From Selaginella moellendorffii (Eukaryota > Plantae > Lycopodiophyta), in assembly GCF_000143415.4 (NCBI RefSeq), contig NW_003314291.1, forward strand, positions 407,316 through 471,315: DNA of 64,000 nt, in the 5' to 3' direction. Under the pieces are notes generated by a model. It was not told where the DNA came from and ran no database searches. It was given only the letters and a program-made list of their open reading frames with translations. The position numbers were made by a program, and so were the translations under genes. Positions 11,191-20,702 of this stretch are shown here, piece after piece; positions within the stretch are counted from its first letter, which is position 1; every line of letters starts with the position of its first letter.

Positions 11191-14100
11191 ATGGTAAGTC
11201 TTTTAGGCCAAGTAGAAAATGGCATGAGGCCACATGCCATTCAGTAGCAACATTGGCATGCACTGATTGGGCTCTCGAGTGCAATCCGGTTACAGATGGC
11301 GTGTAGCCTCACGCCATCTTAGGATGCAGCCTCAAGACATTTGATGCAGTGGTGAATGGCGTGTGGCCTCACGTTATTTCCAGCTGCTAGCTTTTCATCT
11401 GTCAGCTCTAATTGTTGTGCATTTCTGAACAGGCGAGGAATTGCGTTCTTCTTCCAGCCACTGTCAATGTGGATGCAGAGAAGGGGGAGGAGCTCACCAG
11501 TTGGACTTTCGGGATGAAAGGCGAGGATCTGAGGCTGTACAACACAGATGGTGGGAGAAAAGAATGCATGGGGATCCTCATCCAAGTGACAGACACTCCA
11601 TGCAGTTCCATGCAAGAATATGGACTGGCACTTGTGGTAGAGACAGCGTCCGCCTTCAAGATTCACCTTGCACATCCTAGTGGCTTCCCGGAGGGGGGCA
11701 GCGGCTATGAGGAATTCCTAGAGGGAGCTAGGGAGAGGTTGTCTAGGAGGCCCACAATTTCAAAGACGCTGCAGGTCTATGAAGATCACATGGAATCCAC
11801 GGACCTCACCTACGGCGATGTTCAAAAACTATATTCCAACATTGAGCCGTTGAGAGTGCCTCTAGTTCGCGAAGCGAAGGGGAAGGGGGTCGATCTGGAA
11901 ACTACCCCGAAGCAGAAAAAGGTGGTCAAGCTCAAGCCGACGTCCGACTCTCTTGCTCCAAAAAAGAAGCTACTCGGTGATGCCATTGCCTCGGGTTCGA
12001 ACACTACACCCACCTAAAAGAAGAGCTGCAAAGAGCAGAAAGAGCAAGAAGAGGCAGCAAAAATTGTCGCAGATAATAGTACTTGTTACTATTCCAACAA
12101 AGTATATACAATCGACGTGAGCCGTATTGACATCCAAAGCAAATACAACCACAGGCTAGTATCTGATGAGTGGGTGGATAAACTGAAGCAAAAGATGCTG
12201 GCAAGTCCAGTAACACCCGACATCGCAGACGTGATCCCCTATTACCGAACAATGAAGGGCGAGACTTGATCAATAGGAAGGTGTTGGACGATCAGAACAT
12301 CCGGTTCTATGCCGTCTCCGGGCAGCATTCTAGCTTGGCGATGCAAGAGATAGTTGTGGATATTATGGTGGGTGAGGAGGTGAAGAAAGTCTTCAAGACA
12401 AGAGTTGTCCGTCTGATAAAAGGCAACTCGCCCCTCCGATCTATCATATCCATCTCCCACGCGCAGAATGTCAAGCAAAAAACGTGCTACAAATCGGGTC
12501 TGCACGAGACATTGGCATGAACACGGAAGCTTTGGGTTCAACTGAAAAAGCCACAAAAACCAGGACAAGGACGTGCACTAGCAACTAGCGCCTGGCAGGT
12601 AAGCCTCGTTGCATGTGGCCTCACGCCATTTCTATTGCAGGAATTCTCGAGTCTTCTCTCGAAAACACTGGGGGTCAATGACACACTCAGCATCCATAAC
12701 ATTCTACTCGCGACAAAAGTTGTTTTTGACAAATGGGTAGATGTGCTGAGGAGGTACCATGACGGGGAGTTGCTAAACTCAATGGGTGTGGAGGACGGCC
12801 AGAAGCCCAATGATTTGAAGCTCAACGCCTTGCATTTCTCGCGGTCTCTAGATGACGACGACCTTCTGACAATGGCTAATGCTCTTCTACGTGGTGAGGT
12901 AGTCTTCAACAAGACCAAAATGACTCCCGGCCATATTGTGACATACAAGGACTTGTGCACGACTCTGAGAGCTCGTGCGCTATTGAAGGATTGGATCTTC
13001 GAGCAAGTGGCCGTGGAGAGGGTGAGCATCGACACCACGCAAGAGATGATGGAAGAGCTGGAGTTGTCAAATGAAGACATCGACGAGTACGTGAAGGGGG
13101 CCCCCAAGTTCATCGATCTGCTGCGGGATGCCACGAAAAGTAAAGCTGAGAAGTTGGATCAGTATCCAAATTTCATTAAGAGGGATGTTGACCGCCGGCT
13201 TCAGAAACAGCTCGACCCCGCAGCAGAGGCCTATCGAGAACCTTACCGGGTATACGTGAATTCGGATGAGGATCAAAGGTGGAGGAGCATCGTTTCCCGC
13301 GGAGATGAGCAGGTCAAGAACATCTTTTGTGTGATGGACTTCACAAACGAGGAGATCACTCATGCAGACAAAGTCAGCTCCATCATTGACTTAATGGTGG
13401 GACTTGTGGAGGTGGAATCTTCAGTCCACTATATGATCTACGACTCCGAATCCTATCACAAGTTCTGGAAGGCCTTGAACGAGGTGAAGGCTCGGTTGAA
13501 AGGCAAGGAGATGCAGGAGATCCATGGGATAATGGCTAAGAAGAAGATACCGACGAATGTCCGCATCTTCACACTCGCCCTTGTTATTGGTCCTGCAGCA
13601 GAGTGGGACTGGAGTGACTTCCCAGCTTCGTTCGACAAGGCCGATCGAATTGATCTGAGGGAGGTCAATTTACCCGTGCCTGAGGAACTGAAGATGGCTA
13701 TGGAGCTTTCGAATCCAGAGAAAGCTCCAGGTGCAGCATGGGAAATGCTCAGCTGGGTCTTCAACGCAATAGCGGGTGGGTCACCTGCTTCCGACTCCAA
13801 GGGCAAATGCGTTGTCGAGTACAACTGCGGCAGACTATTCTTTCGAGCCGCACTACTCAAGGGTGTCCCGTGTGTTGCGGTGACAAACTCCATTGAAGAG
13901 GTGACTTCAATGGAGCATATAATTACAGTTGCCAAAGAAAAACAGTATCTTCTCTGCGAACCTGGTGAGTACGCACTTTAAGTTTAAATGTTATCTCACA
14001 AGCTCTGTATGCAGGAGCGTGGCCACCCCCAGATGCTGAAACGGCGTTAACAGCTACTGTTGAAGATACCCATGTTGGGTCGAGCTCACAACCTGCACAA

Positions 14101-16511
14101 GGTAAGGTCACGTGAGGCCTCACGCCATTTTGATTATAGATCATTGTGAATATTCAGACACGAGGACTGAAAAGCGCACTGGTGGCGTGTCGAAGAAGGA
14201 CAAACAGACAAGCAATAGGAAAAAAGGAGGTACAAATTATATTTGCAATGGCGTGTGGTCTCATGCCATTCCTTGCAGGAGACACTTCTTCAAAAGCAAA
14301 ACAGGCAAGCACCAGCCAAGCTCAAACTAACAGTGGTCATAAAAAGCGAAAGCACGTTGGACAGTCGTCGGGATCAGAGGCGTTTGATTCGAAAAGGAAG
14401 AAGGGCAACGAAAAGATGATAGGTAATGCCTCGCGGTTATGGCATGTGTGCGAAAGCAGCCAGTCACCACCTCCTGACTCAGATTCCTATGGCGGACTCC
14501 CCTTCCCCAATCTCAATGGAGAGGTACAATGGATAAGGGATGCTTTTCAAGTCAGGGCCACGTTTTTCTCATCTCATCGTCTTTGAAGGGTGCAAGAACG
14601 TGCAGAAACCATGTTAAGACAGTCGGGTGAGGATACGGTCCTAGATCACGCACTAAAACAGGCTATGGATGTCTTGTATTTTGAGATGGAGACTCGGCCA
14701 GATGATTTTCCCAAGATGGTCCTGGAAGAACAAGCCATCCAGCCTGAGCAGCCTATGGAAGAAATGCAAGAGGGGGATGAGGAGCCAGAGAAAGATAATG
14801 AGCAGGAAGAGCAGAAGGATGAAGAGGAGGACAAAGAAGAGGAGGACGAAGAGGACTTGGATGGTCCTCACAATGGTGACGATCACAATAACGACGACGA
14901 CGATGATGACGACGATGGCCAGCCTGAGGTGGCCAAAGAGCAGCGGAGGAAAGTCATACAAAACAAACCATCAGGTAAATAATAGTACATCCATTCCTAA
15001 CCTTTTACCATTTCTAACATTGTCCATGTAGGTTGCAAAGCAAATGGTAAGTAGAGATTATTCAGTTGAATTAAGATACAAACTCTAGCCTTTAGTGTCG
15101 AGGAAGGATAGTGCCAAGCAAGGGTCGAAACGTATGTCCAATCCTTCAGAATCAGTAGTGCGCCCAAGTGATATCGGTCCTAGTTCCTCAATAGCAGTTG
15201 ATGGTAAATACAGTATAGTCGATTCAATGTGCTAATGAGTTTGTTTTTAATAGCCAGTAGGGAGGATACCATCTCAATCGAAGGGAGATATTTGGACATG
15301 CATATGGATCCGCCAGTGGACTCTACTTGCCTGCAAGAGTCATCAGAGCTAGTGGAGGCTACTATCCATATCAACGCCAAGCAAGCTGACCACGCTCCAC
15401 TTGATGCTGCCCATACCACTGAGTCAATCTTGTCCACGTATCCAACTGACGGTGACCAGGCGCCATTGGACCCGCATGAGGCCGCCCCAGCCGCCGAGCC
15501 AGTCGTATCCTCATTTCCAACGGACTCAACGTGTGCCCAATCGTCTGACTACGCGCCGTTGGAACCTCCCTACACCGCCCCTGCTGCCTGTTCGGTCATG
15601 TCCACTTTGCCAACGGAGGCACCAGCTGAAATTGCGTGTGATCACACGCCATCGGAACCACCCCATGCCACTGTTGAGCCAGTTGTACCAGAGTCTACAG
15701 CTGAAATGGCATGTGCCCACACGCCATCAGATGCGATTGACCCCACATTGCAGAGGAGAGTATTTCCGCCCTTCACGTTTCCTCGACCAAAACCCTCTCA
15801 ACGACCATCGGGAGCACCATTCGCTAATATTGTAGATGGTAAAATTGACTTGTACCATTTTTTATGCTGACGCATTTCATTTCAGAGTCACGGCGAAGGT
15901 ACTGTATCGTTTTTGATCTGAACGGTGTCCTTTTCTCCCATGAGCATGGCTCGTCCTCGAATGTCACTGCACCCTCCAAAGCCTGCGGTCGCAAGTTGGT
16001 CAAAAGAGACAGATTCACATTAATCACACGGGACAAACTGCGGGATCTAATAATGACCATGCGACACTTAAAACAGAGGGCCGGGTTCAATTTGCAATTG
16101 GGAGTTTGGACATCCATGATGCGCCACAATGCATTAACGTTGCTACAGATGATGCACGATCAGACGCGAGTAATATTACCATTTGACTTTCTCCTAACGC
16201 AGGAGGATTGCTTGACTATGGTCCATGTGAGGGGTAGCAAGCCCATCTTCGTCAAGCCAGAGGCTGTAGTGATGAACCGGACTGCTAGGTCAAGTGAAAT
16301 CCTCATCATCGATGACTCGCCGATTAAAACTGCAGCGAACATGCACACATATGCAGTGCACCCCATCTCTTGCAGTATGGAAACTAGGGAGAAGAAACCG
16401 TATGTTCTGGGGGACCTTGCAAAACGACTTGGAGCGATGGTGATAGAGAACCGGCCAGTCCAGGAGGTGGCTGCAGAAATCAACCAAATGGCAGATGGAA
16501 TGGTATATTAG
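11191..16511 (+). CDS. Multi-exon transposon cargo gene: ParB-like + degenerate N4/N6-MTase-like fold + acidic/low-complexity linker + NIF/FCP1-like HAD phosphatase (copy 1, disrupted)
   Basis: ATG|GTAAGT at 11191. Introns at 11194-11432, 12599-12640, 13965-14014, 14102-14139, 14230-14278, three more at about 14974-15253, and 15839-15885 join the ORF pieces in frame. ParB-like: IDVSRI..NHRLVSDEWVDKL..FYAVSGQHSSLA. MTase-like: NPEK..KCVVEYNCG..AALLKGVPCVAV. HAD: IVFDLNGVL, VWTS, LIIDDSPIK. Stops at 12015, 12518 and 14584, and a frameshift near 12265. Confidence 0.7.
15886..16511 (+). CDS. NIF/FCP1-like (CTD-phosphatase family) HAD domain, terminal exon of the cargo gene
   Basis: Motif I variant DLNGVL, motif II WTS and motif IV DDS. 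Open in both copies (62200-62847). Confidence 0.8.
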
Positions 16512-17190
16512 AAGCCATTTGATCGGACAGACACCAGTCATCATTTATGGCATGTATATTGTCTAGCCAAGCACTATCCGCATCTCCATAATCTGCTCAA
16601 CCGGATGGGTTCTTCGACCACTGAACATGAGCGTGGACGTATTAGAGAAGAGATGGCATTACTATTGGGTTTAAATCCTGATAGTGTGGAGAGTGATGAA
16701 ATTCCAAAATTATTGTATAGGCGTTGGAGGCAAAAAATAACAGTCTGAGATGGCATGTATTTATTTAAAAATGTAACTTATTATGGCATGGGGTTCCATG
16801 CCATTGTATTAATATTAAAAGACAATTCTTTGAGAGGATTTGCATTATACTAGAAGTGTTACAGCATGTTATTGGAAGTCTACGAAGTTGTTTTATTAAT
16901 AAGGGGAAAGTAAAGATTGAATGGGGACTTGGGCTCCACCTAGACTCGGAGCAACTGAGCCAATATTAAAAGGATGGAAAGAAATTGGATGACGATGACA
17001 AGGAGAAGAGAGAGGTGAAGCAGTGGCAGGGGGAGGAGAAGTGATTGAGTAGACATTTCCTTGTTTAAAATAAAATGGCATGTGCCTCAATGCAGTTGAA
17101 TTTTGTTATATTTATATACTATATAAAGGTTTGGAAACCTTATTTTACAAGTGGGATAATGACAATTCCCACTTTAACGAAATAGAGCTT

Positions 17191-18400
17191 ACTATCTTTG
17201 GAACATACCACGCATTCTTCAAGAGCAGAGACTTTCTTCCCAATGGAACTCGCACATCCCTAGTTGCACGAACAGGTAAAATGCTTCCATCTCCCACACA
17301 AATGCACTTCTCTTTTGCAGCACGCAACTGCACAAAGTTCAACCGGCTTTGCATCAGGTATCTCTCTAAACCTGAATTGATGGTCAGTTTTTCAGAAATG
17401 TTTGGAACTGCTACCTCAAATGATGCCACAAGTTCCTATGTTTCCCCTTCCTAAGCATTTGCTGCGAGCCCTATGTTCATGTGCTACAGCCAAGCTACAA
17501 TTGGGCAACCCTTGGAGTAGTGTCCTGGCATCCTATAGGTGTTCTTGCCCACAAAACAATCTCGAACTGCTACTTCTTTACCAGAATTCCTTGAATTCTA
17601 CTGCTGCTGCGGATTTCCCCTAAACCCACAACCTCTGCCTTGTCCTCCTCTTCTGCGACCTCCTCTGCCTCAATGATTTCCAGCCCATAGAGTTGAATCA
17701 GTCCCTGATTAATTGCTTGATGCAAAAACATTTGATGTAGATTGTGAGATCAAAACATGGGAAGGCCTCTGATCAAAGTCCACAATCAAACCTCTCGCAG
17801 CCAGCTCCGAGCATAAAGTTTGCTCAGCTTGTTCAAAGTTGAGCGACATCATGCAAACGATAGGGACAAAAGAACTAAAAGAAGAATCTTGCATGGCCTC
17901 GCAAAGTGCCAGAACTTTCTTGCTTTCATTGAACGCCACTGGACTGCCTTCAAGCTCCATCCACAGATCTTGCATCTTGGCGAGGAACTCTTCAAAGTTC
18001 TCGGTTGGATGAAAACGGGTCTCATGAATGCAAGTCTCAACCATTCTGATCTTGGAGAGGGAAAGAATAGCATACTTGTTTTGAAGATGATCCCAGATCT
18101 CACAAGCACTCTTATGACACAAACGCATCATAAGGGCATCTGCAAGCGTAGAAAGAATCAAAGATTCCTTCTTTTCCAGCACAGCTTGTTCCCCAGGATC
18201 AAGCTGTTGTCAAGCTACTGAAACAGAGGCATGAATTGCTTCTTCATCCACGACTTCTCCTTCCACCGAAGTTGAAGCTCCTAACACAGCAAGGGCTCAC
18301 TGCGTATGAGCATCTGCAGCAATTGTCGGTGGTGAAATGATTTCCCAGAGTTCTTCTATCTGCAGCACGTGCATCATTTTCTCGGACCAGGTGTTGAACC
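17191..18400 (-). mobile_element. Ty1/Copia remnant, 5' part (gag, zinc-knuckle region, protease)
   Basis: UBN2-like gag (ILSTL..KSACEIWDHLQNKY) and post-protease segment (ICVGDGSILPV..LLLKNAWYVP). Same element as 2697-4597. Confidence 0.85.
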
Positions 18401-18629
18401 CTCTCCTCCCATTAAAGGCAGTGACTCCCTGAAGCAAGATCAATCCAACTTTGCTGCAGTTCATGATGTGAGGCACAAAGAAAGGAGAAGAAAGAATTCA
18501 GAAATTGACCTCCAATACCATGAAAGAAAAGTAGAGCAAGAACAACGGATTTCACTTCAACACACATTGATTCATGTATAGCTGTATATATATACAACTT
18601 CAATCAAATCAGAAATCACCAAAGATCAG

Positions 18630-18829
18630 ATCACAATTTGGACTGCTTCTGATATGAATCGTCTTGCTTGTTGTGTTCATCATTATTCCTACAGCACCAA
18701 TGTCTCGTCGGTTGGAAGTGGAGTGGAAGCAAATGCGTGAGTTGCCCGAGCAACTGGTACTGGTACAACAAGTGCCACCAATGCCAATTTGGCTGGAAAT
18801 GGAGCAAGGACCATTGCATCAGGAACTGA
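18630..18829 (+). pseudogene. Secreted Cys/Trp-repeat peptide pseudogene 1
   Basis: Hydrophobic leader remnant, then after a frameshift HQCLVGWKWSGSKCVSCPSNWYWYNKCHQCQFGWKWSKDHCIRN*. Confidence 0.65.
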
Positions 18830-18903
18830 CCAAGTTGGAATCCAATATTTGATGGATCATCACAAAATAGTTGTCCCATGTCCATTTAGTTATGATGAAA
18901 GAT

Positions 18904-18932
18904 GTGAGAGAGGCTCGAACTCCCGACCTCAG
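18904..18932 (-). pseudogene. tRNA-Met 3'-half fragment
   Basis: Reverse complement CTGAGGTCGGGAGTTCGAGCCTCTCTCAC matches the T-arm/acceptor side of plant elongator tRNA-Met; no 5' half. Confidence 0.6.
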
Positions 18933-19430
18933 ACTGCCTTGCTTTCTTTCTTTCTAACCTTTATTTATCCTGCGTGAATAATTAGCTGCATTCTACAACT
19001 AATTTTTACTTCCAGCCAAGAAACTTCACGAACACAAAAGAAGGCTTTAGTACAAGAGAAGTTACCAAAGAAGTATCTATGTCATCTTTTCAACATTGTT
19101 TGAGGTAAACTTCAAGAAAAGTTTACATGAATTTTCTAGTTCACTTGGTTTCCATCCTTCCCCACAGGATTGTGTTGTCTCAAACACGAGGACCAAATCT
19201 GGATCAATCAGTACCCAGTCCAAGCCAAGGCCGCATTGTATCACAGCTTCACATTTGACTTTTTAACGTAGATATTGTCAATGAGTAGCCCTGAACTAAC
19301 TTGGAGAAACTTGAAGTGTTGGATGGGAGGATTTACAGTTCTAGGTGGTGACCACGTCTTACAGGATTAGCACTCAAAGTTTCTTATCGTTTGCAAGTCG
19401 AGACAGAGGCAAGAGGAGAGTTTTAAGAAA

Positions 19431-19704
19431 ATGGCGAGCAACAAGAAGAGCGTGAGGCAGTGCTCCTGGTGGGAGGCATTGCAAATGCAAGCGCCCTGAC
19501 GTGGGAATGCAAGTCAGGGTGGCACTGGGATACGATTAGGAAGAAGTGCGTCTTTGGTACAACAATTCCTGCCACTGATGCCCGGAGTACTGGTTCTGGT
19601 ATACCAGTTCTTGCCACCACTGCTCTGTTGGCACTGGTATGACATCGGTTGCCACCTATGCGAAAATTGGCTGGCGCTGGACTGGAAGGTTCTGTAAGAA
19701 CTGA
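19431..19704 (+). pseudogene. Secreted Cys/Trp-repeat peptide pseudogene 2
   Basis: MAS.., VLLVGGIANASALTWECKSGWHWDTIRKKC, then frameshifted WYNNSCH*CPEYWFWYTSSCHHC..WHWYDIGCHLC..GWRWTGRFCKN*. Confidence 0.65.
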
Positions 19705-20284
19705 ATTGCCCATCATTTCCATGCTGAAACTTGTATAATAACCTTTTGGTAAATAAACTGTGTCATCCATTCTACGGTAGTGGAAGTCCCATTTCCTCGG
19801 CAGGATCGGAAGAGATTTCATCCTGCCTTGCTGCTTGAGTTTCATTTTCTAATATTTCATAAAGTTTTTTCAGAATGTTTAGAAGCTTGGAGGCCTTTTC
19901 TCCACCATATCAATAAGTGCGTTCACTTTTGAAAACATTATCATAGTTTTTAATGCATATGAGGCAATTCATATAAAATAGTGATTGATTGCAACGAGAT
20001 AGATAGATAGATAAACATTTTTATAGTCACCGGGATATTTTTGATGATTTCACAAGGAAACTCAAGGTTGTTTCATCTGGATAAAGTCGTACACTTGTTT
20101 ATTGACCCCGTCAATCAAGCACAAACACGACATATCGTGCCCGAGAAGCAGTAAAAACCGTGTACATAGCAGTGTTACTTGGACTCAGCCTCAAATCCTC
20201 CATATAAATTGGCACCATAATACAGCAAAGCAAAGAAGGGATACAAGAAAAGAAATTAGTTTACATTTCTAGATTGACAATACA

Positions 20285-20604
20285 ATGGCAAGCAAGTCCC
20301 AGCTGATGCTTCTGCCCATGTTTGTGACAATCCTCCTGGTTGGAGTGGACGTCAGTGGGATCACCAACGCAGTGGCCCAGCGGCAATGCAAAATCTGGAT
20401 GGAACTGGGACGGCCATAAGTGCATCCAGTGTCCCAAAGGCTGGTATTGGTATAGCAGCGATTGCCACCGATGCCTCTCCAGATGGAAGTGGAGTGGAAG
20501 CAAATGGGTGAGTTGCCCGAGAAACTGGTACTGGTACAACAACAAGTGACACCAATGCCAGTTTGGCTGGAAATGGAGCAAAGGACCACTGCATCAAGAA
20601 CTAA
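20285..20604 (+). pseudogene. Secreted Cys/Trp-repeat peptide pseudogene 3
   Basis: Signal-like MASKSQLMLLPMFVTILLVGV, then after a 1-nt frameshift CKSGWNWDGHKCIQCPKGWYWYSSDCHRCLSRWKWSGSKWVSCPRNWYWYNNK*HQCQFGWKWSK. Confidence 0.7.
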
Positions 20605-20668
20605 CCAAATTGGAGGCACAAAATGAATTGTGATTTTAAATCTGATTTAAATAAAATCGCAAATTTAT

Positions 20669-20702
20669 TGGGGTGAGAGAGGCTCGAACTCTCTACCTCA
20701 GG
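20669..20702 (-). pseudogene. tRNA-Met 3'-half fragment
   Basis: Reverse complement CCTGAGGTAGAGAGTTCGAGCCTCTCTCACCCCA is near-identical to the 3' half of plant elongator tRNA-Met. Confidence 0.7.

Larger units (their letters stand above)
4824..17096. repeat. Dispersed 22-bp palindrome family, consensus ATGGCRTGWGGCCWCAYGCCAT (about 20 full or degenerate copies)
   Basis: Copies start at about 4824, 5140, 5229, 6722, 6779, 8699, 8769, 8805, 8975, 9073, 9760, 11219, 11296, 11356, 12608, 14107, 14248, 15631, 15706, 16783 and 17075, plus half sites. Equivalent sites occur in copy 2. Confidence 0.92.
4598..17190. mobile_element. Large TIR DNA transposon, copy 1 (Sola-like, with cargo gene)
   Basis: TIR A(T/A)GCTCTATTTCGTTAAAGTGGGA at 4598-4621 and its reverse complement at 17167-17190. 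4-bp TSD ACTA (4594-4597 and 17191-17194). Removing the element restores the Copia frame YVPKIVKNLVS. A second copy lies at 52564-63526. Confidence 0.93.

Noticed and set aside
4824-17096. Palindromic repeats as a CRISPR array or bacterial REP elements
   Set aside because: Spacing is irregular (tens to thousands of bp), there are no cas-like ORFs, and the context is eukaryotic and intron-containing.
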